Shown: positions 9,931-20,336, numbered from the stretch's first letter. The stretch is 64,000 nucleotides of DNA from Myxococcales bacterium (GCA_037445065.1 JBBILD010000010.1:32001-96000); one strand, 5' to 3'. Notes: generated from the letters alone by a model not told the origin. Translations and numbers: made by a program.

Positions 9931-10533
9931 TCAGTGCAGTTTCGCCAGCGCAATCGGTTGTGCGACAAAAGCGAGGCGAGCACCCGTTTCCGACAGCAGT
10001 GCCGTACCCTGGGGAAAGGTCGGCGGCGCGTGCGGGAAGACCAGCAGTGCCACGTCCAAGAAACCACCCCGCTCCGCCACAGCCGCTCTCGGTAGCTCCA
10101 ACGAGGCGAGGTACTGCCCGGCACCCAGCGCAATCGGCGTCTCGCGGCCCACGTACCAGAGTGCCGCGTCACCGCCGCTGCGCACCGCGAGCCGCACCTG
10201 GGCTGCGGAGACTGCTGGGTCAGCAAGCGTGAACCCCAACGAAAATGAGCAGTGTTCGCCCTCGATGAGGCCACAGTCCAAAACTCCGCGCCCCGCTTCC
10301 TGCAAATCTACCGGCGCCGCCATCGAGGGCACCGAAGCTAAGGGACACAGCGTCAGCCCGGTTTCCTCCACCACCACACAGCGCTGCTCCTGCCGCACCA
10401 ATTGCAACGCCGCAGCCTCCAGGGGGGCACGTGCATCGAAGCCGCTCGAGCCGCTGCCCCCCCCGCAAGCCGCGGCCCAAATGGCCGCTAGGATCAGACA
10501 GGTGACGTTGCGCCTGGCCATTGTCCACCTCAC
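9931..10533 (-). CDS. hypothetical lipoprotein
   Basis: Signal with AAAC lipobox followed by a GGGSGSS linker; four further Cys; GTGA overlap with the upstream gene. Confidence 0.65.
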   Translation of the reverse strand: MRWTMARRNVTCLILAAIWAAACGGGSGSSGFDARAPLEAAALQLVRQEQRCVVVEETGLTLCPLASVPSMAAPVDLQEAGRGVLDCGLIEGEHCSFSLGFTLADPAVSAAQVRLAVRSGGDAALWYVGRETPIALGAGQYLASLELPRAAVAERGGFLDVALLVFPHAPPTFPQGTALLSETGARLAFVAQPIALAKLH

Positions 10534-11318
10534 AAAGCAGTGGCTGCCACCAAAACGTTCAGGAAACGGGTGTGCGGCCCCGCGTCAGCCGCGAACTCCT
10601 CCGCCAAGTTGCGCAGCGCCGCATCCAACCGGGTGGTAAACTCGTCCAACCGCTCCTCTTCGAGATTGAGAAAGTGGTTGCGCAGGTAGGTCTGCGCGGA
10701 CTGCTCGGCGAGCACCAGCTTTTCCAACAAAGCCTTGGTGAACAGCGCGCAAAACTCCATGGCCAACGCAGCTCTCTCCTCCGTTTCCTGCGGGACGTAG
10801 TGGCGACCCCGGCGCCGCACGCGACCTTTCTGGACTTCCACGAGTCCGCGCTCCCGCAGTAACTGCTCCACCGCATCTGCGCGGCCGACCGAGCTTTGCC
10901 GACGTTTCCCCGCAAATGTACGCCGCCAACGCGCCAAGGGGACCCAGCTCCCGTCATCCGGCAGAGCGGCAATCGCCTGGCTCACGCGCACGGCAAGCTC
11001 GGCATCGGGCAGACCTTGCACCTCCCGCGGACTGTGCAAGGCGCGCCGCAACTCCTTGCCCAATGCGTGCAGCATGCGGTCGCGCCACAAGAGCACCAGT
11101 AGTTCCCGCGCATCTTGCTTGCGCAAGGCCGCCAGCTTGCGCACCAGCGACTCACTCGGGAAACGCTTCCCTTTTTCGATGTAGCTCAGCATGACCGGAT
11201 CCACGGCGCCTTCCAGTACCTCTTCGGCAAAGCGGCGGACCGTGTACTGCCGCCCCATCAGCACACGCGTCTCGTAAAACACGTCCTTGATTTGCTTGAG
11301 CTGCGGCGTCGGCTGCAT
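10530..11318 (-). CDS. XRE-like helix-turn-helix protein with uncharacterised C-terminal domains
   Basis: TVRRFAEEV...VMLSYIEKGKRFPSESLVRKLA resembles an XRE HTH. Confidence 0.7.
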   Translation of the reverse strand: MQPTPQLKQIKDVFYETRVLMGRQYTVRRFAEEVLEGAVDPVMLSYIEKGKRFPSESLVRKLAALRKQDARELLVLLWRDRMLHALGKELRRALHSPREVQGLPDAELAVRVSQAIAALPDDGSWVPLARWRRTFAGKRRQSSVGRADAVEQLLRERGLVEVQKGRVRRRGRHYVPQETEERAALAMEFCALFTKALLEKLVLAEQSAQTYLRNHFLNLEEERLDEFTTRLDAALRNLAEEFAADAGPHTRFLNVLVAATAL

Positions 11319-11409
11319 GCGGCGTGCCTAAAATACTGCAAGGCAGCCGACAAGCAAACAAGTCTTGTTCGTGCGCAGAACCGCTTTCGATGTGCTCGCC
11401 TACTGCTGC

Positions 11410-12336
11410 CTAAGCGGCAAGGGAGGGGGTTCCCACACCCTCCCGCTCCCAGCCCCGTCGCGCTTGCGGAAAGTAGCGGACGGTCGGGGGCAGATAGGGA
11501 AGCAGCGTGCGGGTGGCCCCCACGACTGCGCGGAACAAGCGTTCCTGCCAGGCGCTCCACGAATACCCGTAACGCACACGCACCGGTTCCGGCAAAAGGC
11601 CGATGGTCAGCAGGCGGAGCGGTGGCGCAGCAAAACGCAGGGGCCACGGATGCTCTGGCGCGAGGAGCGACTCGGCTATGTCGCGCGCCTGGCGGCCCAC
11701 GGCCAACTCATCGCCGTTCAACATCCGTTGCCAGTAGGCCGCAAAGCTGTGCCGGGAGGCAGGAATGAGCAGCTCCGGAACACCAAAGAGCCGCGCGACG
11801 ATCTTCGATTCCTCGTAGTACCGATCCTTTTCCGCCTCGCTTAAAGGGGCCACGAACATCTCGAACACGCGGATCGCGGTGTCCACTAAGGTCGCGTGCA
11901 CCCAGAACAACAGTTCCGGATCGGTGGCCCGATATGGGGTCCCTGCCGCAAAACGCCCCACGGGTTCAGGCAACGCTCCACGAACTCGCTCATGCCGTCG
12001 CTGGATCTGACCGAGCGCTTCCGCTGCCTCTCGGGCCGTGCCAAAGGCGATCGTGAGGGTGAGTTCCAGCGTGCGGTTGAGCCGCCCTAACGGATCCTCG
12101 CGGTAGCGGCTGTGCTCGGCCACTCCCGCCGCCACCAATGGGTGCGCCAGTTGCAGCAAAAGCGCACAGCCACCCCCTGCAAGAAGCACCGCCTCACGAT
12201 TGACCCTCCAGGTCACGGACTGGGGTCCGAGCACGCTCCGTTCCGGGCTGGCGGCGGCTAGCCCAAGCTGGGCACGCTTGCTGTGCTCGCGCGTTTTCCT
12301 CCTTGCCGGTCCGTGCTGACTGGCCCCTTTTGCCAT
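11410..12336 (-). CDS. oxygenase MpaB / DUF2236 family protein
   Basis: SVTWRVNRE, ALLLQLAHPLVAAGVAEHS, YRATDPELLFWVHATL. Confidence 0.88.
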   Translation of the reverse strand: MAKGASQHGPARRKTREHSKRAQLGLAAASPERSVLGPQSVTWRVNREAVLLAGGGCALLLQLAHPLVAAGVAEHSRYREDPLGRLNRTLELTLTIAFGTAREAAEALGQIQRRHERVRGALPEPVGRFAAGTPYRATDPELLFWVHATLVDTAIRVFEMFVAPLSEAEKDRYYEESKIVARLFGVPELLIPASRHSFAAYWQRMLNGDELAVGRQARDIAESLLAPEHPWPLRFAAPPLRLLTIGLLPEPVRVRYGYSWSAWQERLFRAVVGATRTLLPYLPPTVRYFPQARRGWEREGVGTPSLAA

Positions 12337-12427
12337 TGCCGCCCCCTCATAACCCGTAAGCCTGACGGCTGTCTAGACAATCTTTGGCAGCGCGTGGCGG
12401 ACACTGACGCCGGCAGTCCGAGAGCGG

Positions 12428-13915
12428 TCAAAAGGTGAGCTGCATCTCGACGAAGCCGTAATTGCCGTCAGGGCTCGAGAACTGCTGGGCGAGCACCGCT
12501 TGCCCAAAGGCGTGGGCGTATAGCAGGTTCAGCGCGGCGTTCGGGTGGAGGCGAACCGTGCTGTACGCTTGCAGGAGGTGGGCAAGCTGCGTCTCGCCTT
12601 CAGTCGGTAGCCCGGCGTAGCCAAAGAAGGAGTCACTGGTGGCACCACCACCGCTGTAGAGAACGTCCTCCGCCTGGTCCACCTGCAACCAATGCCAATC
12701 GAAGCGCAGCACCCACCATGGTGTAGGAGCCAGCACGCTCTGCACGAACACGTCGCGGTTATTCATCATGTTGAAGAACGGGAACATCGCGTACTGCCAG
12801 GCGGTGGGCAGCATTTGAAAAAAAGTGCCGTGAGTACCGTCGTTCGGGTCGGAGTCTCCGGAACCAACGTTGATCCCCGCGCGCAGCCACGGCGAGGCCC
12901 AGGCTGCTTCCCACTTGTAGCCCGCTTCAATACCGTATGCGTACGCGCGCTGATCGAGTTCTTGCCAGTCCCCCACCTGGCCGTAGAAAAAGGCGCTCAG
13001 GTCGAGCTTGCCCTCCGGCAGAGCGAGAACATGTGCGGCATTTCCTCCCAGTGTATGGATCTCCAGCATCTGGCCTACGCTCTGCCGGCGTCGGTTCAGC
13101 GGGCGATTGTCCGTAACGACCAAGGCGCGTTCGTCCTGGTAGAGGCTCCAAAACACGCGCCCCACAGTGTTGGGAAGGGCCGCACTCGTATCCAGCAAGT
13201 TCGCGCTGACACCTGCCACCCGGATCTCGGGCAGGTTGCGCATGGCATCGGTTTCAAAGCCCCCGAAGGTCGGCAGAAAAGCAAAGGCCGAAAGCTCCCA
13301 TGTCGGCGCACGAAGCCCGAAGAGCGCACCATCGAAGCTGCGCCCGGTGTGCGTGTAATCAAAAGGACCAATCAACCGCTGCGACCAGCGCGTTTCTTGA
13401 ATCCACCGGAGGCTAGGATCGCGGGCCAGCCCCTGGCCTGCGTCACGGTACAGTTGCCGACCCAAGGCCACCGAGAAGCCCTCGTGCTGCAGGCGAAGCC
13501 AGCCCTGCCGCACAAAGACCGTGGCCTGCGTGCGGTCCGGAGTGTTTGCAACGTACACGGAGCCTACCCCGACTCCGTTTCGCGGCAACCCGGCGAGCAC
13601 CGTGTTCTGGCCCTGCAGGAACAACTCGACCACCTCGCTGCGCCAGCCGACACCGAGCTGCAACTTGTGGCCCACGAAGTCGTAACGCGATTCCCGCGGC
13701 TGCACAGATCCGCTGATCCGAGGGTCGCCGAACCAGTCGACAAACTCCCCGCGTAACCGCTCGCTGAGCGAGAGTCGCAACGTTCCGCCGCCGATGCCCC
13801 TCCACTCCAACGGCGGCACCTCTGGCGCACTGCTGAGCTGCCCCGTCGCCTGAGCCCGCGCGCTGAGGAAGCAAACGAGCCCCACACCCACCCATCCGAA
13901 GACGCGAAGCTTCAT
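12428..13915 (-). CDS. alginate-export family outer-membrane porin
   Basis: Signal peptide, alternating beta-strand pattern, LGRQ, RSFDG, GSGDSDPNDGTHGTFFQM motif, C-terminal Phe. RBS AAGGAGG. Confidence 0.8.
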   Translation of the reverse strand: MKLRVFGWVGVGLVCFLSARAQATGQLSSAPEVPPLEWRGIGGGTLRLSLSERLRGEFVDWFGDPRISGSVQPRESRYDFVGHKLQLGVGWRSEVVELFLQGQNTVLAGLPRNGVGVGSVYVANTPDRTQATVFVRQGWLRLQHEGFSVALGRQLYRDAGQGLARDPSLRWIQETRWSQRLIGPFDYTHTGRSFDGALFGLRAPTWELSAFAFLPTFGGFETDAMRNLPEIRVAGVSANLLDTSAALPNTVGRVFWSLYQDERALVVTDNRPLNRRRQSVGQMLEIHTLGGNAAHVLALPEGKLDLSAFFYGQVGDWQELDQRAYAYGIEAGYKWEAAWASPWLRAGINVGSGDSDPNDGTHGTFFQMLPTAWQYAMFPFFNMMNNRDVFVQSVLAPTPWWVLRFDWHWLQVDQAEDVLYSGGGATSDSFFGYAGLPTEGETQLAHLLQAYSTVRLHPNAALNLLYAHAFGQAVLAQQFSSPDGNYGFVEMQLTF

Positions 13916-14015
13916 CGGTTTCCTCCTTTACCAGCAGACCGACCGCTACCACCGGCCGTTCGTCTCGCGCTCCCTTCTCCGTCGAGAGCTCTCCCCCAAA
14001 AGCTGGCGCGGCCGC

Positions 14016-14768
14016 TTACGCGCGCACGTCGCCGGCCCGCGGGCACTCGAATCGTTCGCCCTGCATGGGATCGCCGCCCGCACGTCCCCGGATCTCCTGC
14101 GCTTGCACGTGCAGGCGCTTCACCTCTTCCCGAACCGCAACACGAACGGCTGCCAGTAACTCCGGGTACGGCGCTGGCACGTTTTGGCGCGCCATTTCCG
14201 CTTCGAGAGCTCCCAGCCAGCGCGCCAAGTGATCTGCAAGGAACTGCCGAGCTGCGCTGCGCGTAATCGCCGCCTGTTCCCCCCAACGTTCCGCTCGCGC
14301 CCATGCTTCCTTGAACAAAAGCACGCTGTAAAACTCCAGTTCCACTGCCAAGTGATCGGCCCTCTCGTGCTGCAAGGACATGCCAAAAGCGCGGTAAAAG
14401 CCCTGCAGATCCGAGAGTTCCGCCGACTTGCCGGTGAGCCGCTGGCCGTCTCCGTATGCGGTTTCGTGCAGCGGGCAGCGCTGGTCGGTGGCAAAAAAAC
14501 GCGCGTAGCGCGCCGCCCGCTCCTCGCTAGAGCACCCGTGCCACGCAGCAGCCGCGCAGCCCAACGCGCGGCTGAGTTCCTCGCTCCACCCGGGCAAGTG
14601 GGACAACCGCCGCAACTCGCGCTCAAGTTGACCGTTGGCGTCCAGATAGGGGGAAGAAAACCCACGCGCGAGCGTACGAAACAGAGTGCACCGGCGGAGC
14701 ATTTCGAACACCCCTGTTTCCAGTTCGGTTGTGGAAGCAGGTGATTTCTTTGGCCCTGAAGCAGTCAT
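14016..14768 (-). CDS. TorD/DmsD/NarJ family molybdoenzyme maturation chaperone
   Basis: CPLHETAY, GFYRAFG, ERADHLAVELEF, FLADHLARW. ATG 14768 lies just after the gamma-subunit stop. Confidence 0.88.
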   Translation of the reverse strand: MTASGPKKSPASTTELETGVFEMLRRCTLFRTLARGFSSPYLDANGQLERELRRLSHLPGWSEELSRALGCAAAAWHGCSSEERAARYARFFATDQRCPLHETAYGDGQRLTGKSAELSDLQGFYRAFGMSLQHERADHLAVELEFYSVLLFKEAWARAERWGEQAAITRSAARQFLADHLARWLGALEAEMARQNVPAPYPELLAAVRVAVREEVKRLHVQAQEIRGRAGGDPMQGERFECPRAGDVRA

Positions 14769-14770
14769 GC

Positions 14771-15646
14771 TCACTCCTCGATTTGCACTGGCACCCACGG
14801 AGACCAAGCTTTGCGCGACCCGACCTCGCGGTTTCCCCCTTCCCACACCGCAAAGGCAGCCACGGTTTTTGCCCCGGGAGCAAGCTGCGGGTCGTTCTTG
14901 CTCGCAGTCTTGAGCGGGCGCGTGATGACCACCGACCAAGCGCCCTCCCGCCACACCCCGCGGCCATCGGCGTGCTCCTCCGCCTTGACCGTCATCGTCC
15001 CCCACCCTTCGGCCATTTGGTCCAACACCGGTGAGCGCCGCGGGTGGGAGATGGGATTGTCCACGCCCACCGCTCCCATGTACGGGCGTGCATCAATCGC
15101 GCTCAAGACCTGATCTGGGTACACATCCACCAGCGCGAACGGGTAGAGGTCGCGCACCTGTGGCTCGCCGTAATCCAAGTCGCGCTGAAAGGCGGCGCGC
15201 CACTGCATAATGGTCACACGAGCACCCGGGTTTCCCATCATCGGGCTGGGCAATGCGTCCTCTTGGAATTGATTCGGCAGCTCGACCGCGACCTGATCCC
15301 CAAACCGATCCAACACGATCACGTCACTCTGAGTAGAGTCGTCCCACTGCAGCCGGAAGGCCAGCCACTCACCGTTGTGCGCGGCTTGCACGCGGAGCTT
15401 TTGCACCGTGGCGTGCGGGTTGGTGGGGGCGGTAATGGTCTGCGGAAGCATCGTTACCTCGGTTGCCGGCACCTGCTCCCACCACGGTGCAAGAGGTTCT
15501 GCGAGGGAGCCCCGTTGCGCTACCCGCTTGCACTGGATGCCAGGAGCTTGGCCTGGCGATGGGGCACAGAGGGCGAGTATTCCCGCCGCCCATGCCGCCA
15601 CCACCCAGTGTCTTCCTCTCACCTTCCCTTCCCTCGAATCGGCCAT
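14771..15646 (-). CDS. heme b gamma subunit (ethylbenzene dehydrogenase EbdC/NxrC-like)
   Basis: Signal-like N-terminus, AAHNGEWLAFRLQWDD, candidate Met ligand in PSPMMG, WSVVITRPL, AFAVWEG, candidate Lys ligand in GSRK. Confidence 0.85.
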   Translation of the reverse strand: MADSREGKVRGRHWVVAAWAAGILALCAPSPGQAPGIQCKRVAQRGSLAEPLAPWWEQVPATEVTMLPQTITAPTNPHATVQKLRVQAAHNGEWLAFRLQWDDSTQSDVIVLDRFGDQVAVELPNQFQEDALPSPMMGNPGARVTIMQWRAAFQRDLDYGEPQVRDLYPFALVDVYPDQVLSAIDARPYMGAVGVDNPISHPRRSPVLDQMAEGWGTMTVKAEEHADGRGVWREGAWSVVITRPLKTASKNDPQLAPGAKTVAAFAVWEGGNREVGSRKAWSPWVPVQIEE

Positions 15647-15661
15647 GTCGCGCACCTCGGT

Positions 15662-16789
15662 TCACGTAATGTTGCTGCGCCAGGTTCCGAACCGCTCGTC
15701 GTACGCCGGGCGCACGTACGTCGGTTCTGTGAACGGCACCCACACCACCTCTTCGTTTTGCTCGTTGTACCCGCTCACCCCTCCCTGCCGCACGCGGTAG
15801 TGGTGAACGATCAATGGCGTCGAGCCAAACAGCAGCAGCGCAGCCAAAAGCTTCTCGTCCTCGGCCGCTTGCCGGTAACGAGCAATCGCCTCTGGAACTC
15901 CCCAACCGAACATTTGCTGCAAATACGGGAGCGGAACGTGGACCGGCGGGATGTAATACACGTTGGGCTCGAGTCCGAACTGTGGGTAGAGCGGCTTGGC
16001 CACCTTAGTTATGTGGACCAAGTAATCGAGCGGATTGTCCTCGCGGATTTGGTCGGGGCGGCTGATGAACCCCTGGAGGCGGATTTTGCCGATGCAGGTA
16101 ATGGTGCACTGCGTTTGCCGGCCAGACTCGACCGCCGGATAGCAGCCGACGCACTTCTCGGAGACCCGCGTCATCGGGTTGAAAAAGGACTTCTTGTAAG
16201 GGCACCCGCGCACGCATTCGCGGTAGCCGCGGCAGCGATTCTGATCGATCAGAACGATCCCGTCTTCTGGCCTCTTGTAGACCGATTGCCGCGGGCATGC
16301 GCCTAAACAGCCGGGATAAGTGCAGTGGTTACAAATGCGCGGCAGATAAAACATCCACTGTGCATGGGGGATGGTGAGAAACGCCCCTTTTTCCATCAGG
16401 CCGAACGAATCGTCCTCGCCAATGTTCGGGTGCGCGTAGTCCAGATCGTCCGGTAAAAAACCCAGAATTCTCTCCCCCGTCGGCGCCGCCTCGAACAGCG
16501 TCTTACCGTCGTACACCGGGCCATCCATGGGCTGCACGCCTAACTTTTCGAGGATGCGCACATCCCAGCCCAACGGGTAGTAACCGTACGGCTTGGACTC
16601 GACGTTGTTCCAAAACATGTACTCCTGCCCGCGCCCCGGGGTCCAGGTCGTCTTGCACGCCACCGTGCACGTCTGGCAGGCAATGCATTTGTTCAAATCG
16701 AGCACCATCGCGAACTGCTTTTGCGGCCGCGCCCCCTCGTACGGGTAGTCCATCTCGCGGCCGATCTGCCAATTGTAGACTTTGGGCAT
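15662..16789 (-). CDS. nxrB: NXR/NAR-type Fe-S beta subunit (NxrB-like)
   Basis: MPKVYNWQIGREMDYPY N-terminus as in periplasmic NxrB. Four Fe-S motifs: CIACQTCTVAC, CNHCTYPGCLGAC, CRGYRECVRGC, CVGC...CTITC. Also LYPQFGLEPNVYYIPP. Confidence 0.88.
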   Translation of the reverse strand: MPKVYNWQIGREMDYPYEGARPQKQFAMVLDLNKCIACQTCTVACKTTWTPGRGQEYMFWNNVESKPYGYYPLGWDVRILEKLGVQPMDGPVYDGKTLFEAAPTGERILGFLPDDLDYAHPNIGEDDSFGLMEKGAFLTIPHAQWMFYLPRICNHCTYPGCLGACPRQSVYKRPEDGIVLIDQNRCRGYRECVRGCPYKKSFFNPMTRVSEKCVGCYPAVESGRQTQCTITCIGKIRLQGFISRPDQIREDNPLDYLVHITKVAKPLYPQFGLEPNVYYIPPVHVPLPYLQQMFGWGVPEAIARYRQAAEDEKLLAALLLFGSTPLIVHHYRVRQGGVSGYNEQNEEVVWVPFTEPTYVRPAYDERFGTWRSNIT

Positions 16790-16802
16790 CGCTCCCCTCC
16801 TC

Positions 16803-19800
16803 TCACGCCTTCCGCACGAACTCGCCGCGTAGGTATTTTTTCACCGCCTCGTTCTCGTTGGTGGGGCGGAAGCCGAGACTCACCGGCCGCCAAGGGCCGC
16901 TGCCGTCCAGTCCACCGTCTTCCGCCTTCGTGAAGCGCGCCATCGCCTCGCGCGGCGCGCCGGTGACGCAGTGGACATCCACGTTAAACCCGCGCGTCAC
17001 CTCATGCGTCCACGACTTGCGGGTAATCAGGGAGTGGGTCTGGTGGGTGGGCTTTAGCCACGACCTCGTGAGGCTTTGATGCCCGCCGTAGCGGAACAAG
17101 GCCTGGTAGTGGGTCTCCGGATTCTTGGCCACTCCGTCCGGCCGCGTTTCATGAGCCTGCACGGTCCCGGGGGTGGCCATGTAGCCGTTGAACCACATGC
17201 GAGCGACGCCGCGCGGGGTTCCGGGATAGTAGCGCGCACGTGCCAGCAAGCGCGCGACTTTGTACTCTTCCTTGCGCTTCGGATCTTGCCACCCCCGGAA
17301 CGGCAAGTCCGCCGGGTCTCCATCAATCCAAACGTAGTCACCATCCTGGATGCCGAGCTCGCGTGCATCGAGTGGGTTGATGTCCACGTACATCTCCCCG
17401 GTGCCAGGCGAGCGCCGGTCACGCCGGTACATGTCCCCGAAGGGGCCGAACAGCGCCGCCATGTAATCGGTGTCAATCGGCATGGTGTGGGCGCCATGCC
17501 GGTACTTGGGCGTGTGGAAGATATACCGGTATCCCGCGGAAAGAAGCGGATGGCTGGTTTTCAACAGCTCTGCCGGCGGAAGCGGGACGTTGCGCATCTG
17601 CCGCGTCATGTGCGACCGATCTTCAGGCGGGATGCCCCAGTCCGCGGGCTGCTTTGGTCGCAGGGCCGGGTGGGGCGCCGCGGCAATGGCGCACGGCTCG
17701 TAGAATGTCGACTCGGCCGGTTCGCGGTGTACGGGTAGGTTCTCCCCGGCGTCCACGAACTCCGGCTCGGGCCGGTAAAACTCGAGGCGGCCGGTCTTCG
17801 TGTACCAGGGTTTCGACTCCTGCACTTGCTCGAAGCTGTTGATGCGCGGGTAGGAACGGGTGTTCATCAGAGCCGGCACTCCGGCTTTCGCTAGCTCTTC
17901 GAGATCCTCGAACTTGTATCCACGCAGCGGCGTGGAGCCGTCTATGATCCGCTGCAGGTAGACCTCCGCGCGGCCCTCGGCGATGAAGTGCCACATTTGC
18001 TCGAAACGCGCGTCGCCGGTGAGCTCGGCCAGTTCGCGCGCCACACCGAGGTAAGTCTCGTTATCGGAAACCGTCTCGAAGACCCGCTTGGCTGGGGTTC
18101 GCGGATAGGCCTGTATGAACGGGTTGGTGTTCGATGCGGTCATGTCGGGGAAGCGAAACTCCATCCAGGAGTCCACCCCGTACACGATGTCACTGTACTC
18201 GCACGAGCCTGTCCACCACCAGTCGTTGTACACCACCAGTTCCACCCGCGGCAGGGTGTTGAACACGACGTCGAAGTGCCCCTTTTGGTTTCCCAAGCTG
18301 GAATTGGAGTTTACCTGCCAAATCGCCTTGGTCGGCGTGGGGCAATGAGGCCCACTGGTGATCTTCTTGTTCCCTGCCTTTAAGATCCGCTCGCCGTTGG
18401 CCCAGTAGTGCATGGATTCCGAGCGCACGTAGGGCCGCGCTTTGACCTCTCCAGCCGGGTCGAGCTGCGGGTGGAACGGGTCTTCCAGCACGTACCGGGA
18501 GGCCACACCGCTAAACAGGGTGTTCTTGTAGGTGCCCGCGTAGCTGCCGATGTTGGCGCCGTGGCGCCCGAGGTTGGCGGTGAGGGCAAGAACCAAGAAC
18601 AGGGCGCGATCCTTGTTATCGTTGTTCCAAAACTGGTTCGGGCCCATACCGCAGGCGATCATCGTTTGCCCCCGATGGGCTGCAATGTCTCGCGCCAACG
18701 AAACGATCGCCTGCTCCGGAGCCCAAGTGAGCGCTGCCACTTGTTTCGGAGTCATGTTGGCGTCGAGGTAGTCGCGAATGAGGCTTAGCACCGGACGTAC
18801 TTCCACCTTCTTCCCGTCCACCAGTTCCACGGTGTACGTGCCTTCCAGCGCCGGCTCGATCCCCAAGTGGGCGAAGTGCTCCCCCAAGTCATCGTGGCTT
18901 ACAGCCACGGGTTTTCGCGTACGCAGATCCCACATCACGAAATCGGCGAACTCGCCCAGCAGGGCCTCTGGAATCTGCTTTCCCTCTTGCTGAATCGTCG
19001 GCGGGGCTTTTTGATCTTTGGCAACCACGCGCGTACTGTTTTGCGGCGGGCGGTCCTGGTGCCTTGGAAATACATCCGCCGCGCGCAGGCGCTCGAGCGT
19101 GTCCATGCGCACGAGGGTGGGCAAATCGGTGTAACGGCGCACGAAATCAGCGTCGTAGCGTTTTTCTGCGAGAATCACTTGCGCCAGTCCCAGCGCCAGT
19201 GCGGGGTCGCTTCCCGGGCGAATCACCACCACCTCGTCGCATTTGGACGCGGTAGCCGAGTATTCGACCGTGACGGCTACGACTTTGGTGCCCTTTAGCC
19301 GCGCTTCGGTCAGCCAGTGGCTATCCGGCATCTTGGTGGTGATCCAGTTCATGCCCCACACCAGCAAGAGCTTGGCGTGCTCGACGTCGAACAACTCGAA
19401 ATCGTTGGTTTGCTCGCCCGTGACCATCGGGTGCCCGGGCGGCAAGTCGGTGTGGAACGAGTAAGAGTCCCAGGTTCCGCCGCCCCGCGCTTGCTCGGGT
19501 GACACACCGCGCAGGTGGGCATCGAGAAGGGCCATGCTGTTGGCGAAACGGAAGGCGCCAAAGATGCGCACGGCACCTTGCTTCGCCATGCCGCCGCGGA
19601 ACTTGAGCACGGCCGTACCAGCGCCCCCCGTCTGTTCGACCATGTCCGGGTCGTGGCCCTGGGCAAGAAGGCGCCTCTTGCCCTCTTCTCCACTGTAGGT
19701 CTTGGCAATGTTGTAGAGCGCAGCCGCGTGGTAACGGTACGCTTCCGCGTGCGAGACCCGCACCCAGTGATCGAAGCCGCGCCGGAACAGTTCGCGCGGC

Positions 19801-20291
19801 GGGGCACCGGTCACCGGATCGCGCGGAAAGCCTCGGTCCACCCACTCTTTGAACCCTTTCCGCAAGAAGGCACCGTTAATACGCCTGTCCCCGTAAAAGC
19901 GGCGCGCCAGCACCAGCCCCTTCTGGCAACAGCGCGGATCCCAGCGGTGCGAAGCTTGGTGTCCGTACAGGTCACGCGCCTTTCCGTACCCGTAGGTGGG
20001 CTCGATTCGCACGACGACGTCGTTTTTGACGAAGGCGCGCAGCAGGCAGTTGTGGGTGTCGTTCGGGCAACACAGAAACACGAAGCTGCCGTCGGTCCGG
20101 AAAATGTCTCGATAAACCTTCTCCCACCCGCGTGTCGGGTAGCCAGCAAGCGGGTTCGGCACGACCACCGGATCGAGAAACCCCCCTGCGCCAGCAGCTT
20201 GGCTCGGGTCGGCCGCCACCCCCAAACCCGCCGCCGCCGCGAGTTCGAGAAACCGGCGGCGAGAAATTCCACCCATTTTCTCGTCCCGCAT
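16803..20291 (-). CDS. nxrA: type II DMSO-reductase family molybdoenzyme alpha subunit, periplasmic NxrA-like (1162 aa)
   Basis: RBS GGAGGAGG and Tat motif SRRRFLE. NPLAGYP..WEKVY, FS0 motif CCPNDTHNC...C, Mo-ligand region [13 protein letters not shown]. The C-terminus [20 protein letters not shown]...KAEDGG..G.GPW.PV..GF.P..E is collinear with Nitrospira/anammox NxrA as I recall them. Catalytic direction unknown. Confidence 0.88.
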   Translation of the reverse strand: MRDEKMGGISRRRFLELAAAAGLGVAADPSQAAGAGGFLDPVVVPNPLAGYPTRGWEKVYRDIFRTDGSFVFLCCPNDTHNCLLRAFVKNDVVVRIEPTYGYGKARDLYGHQASHRWDPRCCQKGLVLARRFYGDRRINGAFLRKGFKEWVDRGFPRDPVTGAPPRELFRRGFDHWVRVSHAEAYRYHAAALYNIAKTYSGEEGKRRLLAQGHDPDMVEQTGGAGTAVLKFRGGMAKQGAVRIFGAFRFANSMALLDAHLRGVSPEQARGGGTWDSYSFHTDLPPGHPMVTGEQTNDFELFDVEHAKLLLVWGMNWITTKMPDSHWLTEARLKGTKVVAVTVEYSATASKCDEVVVIRPGSDPALALGLAQVILAEKRYDADFVRRYTDLPTLVRMDTLERLRAADVFPRHQDRPPQNSTRVVAKDQKAPPTIQQEGKQIPEALLGEFADFVMWDLRTRKPVAVSHDDLGEHFAHLGIEPALEGTYTVELVDGKKVEVRPVLSLIRDYLDANMTPKQVAALTWAPEQAIVSLARDIAAHRGQTMIACGMGPNQFWNNDNKDRALFLVLALTANLGRHGANIGSYAGTYKNTLFSGVASRYVLEDPFHPQLDPAGEVKARPYVRSESMHYWANGERILKAGNKKITSGPHCPTPTKAIWQVNSNSSLGNQKGHFDVVFNTLPRVELVVYNDWWWTGSCEYSDIVYGVDSWMEFRFPDMTASNTNPFIQAYPRTPAKRVFETVSDNETYLGVARELAELTGDARFEQMWHFIAEGRAEVYLQRIIDGSTPLRGYKFEDLEELAKAGVPALMNTRSYPRINSFEQVQESKPWYTKTGRLEFYRPEPEFVDAGENLPVHREPAESTFYEPCAIAAAPHPALRPKQPADWGIPPEDRSHMTRQMRNVPLPPAELLKTSHPLLSAGYRYIFHTPKYRHGAHTMPIDTDYMAALFGPFGDMYRRDRRSPGTGEMYVDINPLDARELGIQDGDYVWIDGDPADLPFRGWQDPKRKEEYKVARLLARARYYPGTPRGVARMWFNGYMATPGTVQAHETRPDGVAKNPETHYQALFRYGGHQSLTRSWLKPTHQTHSLITRKSWTHEVTRGFNVDVHCVTGAPREAMARFTKAEDGGLDGSGPWRPVSLGFRPTNENEAVKKYLRGEFVRKA

Positions 20292-20319
20292 GCCAGTCCT
20301 CCTCCGCGTGCCGACCCCA

Positions 20320-20336
20320 AGCAAGGCGAAGGCCAG
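20320..20336 (-). promoter_or_regulatory. candidate sigma54 (-24/-12) promoter of the nxr-like operon
   Basis: Minus strand reads CTGGCCTTCGCCTTGCT, i.e. TGGC-N7-TTGCW with exact GG-N10-GC spacing, about 30 bp upstream of the ATG. Confidence 0.55.

Noticed and set aside
14016..20291. Calling the operon canonical narGHJI
   Set aside because: It has a Tat signal, an Asp-type FS0 motif and an EbdC-like gamma subunit, and there is no NarI or NarK.
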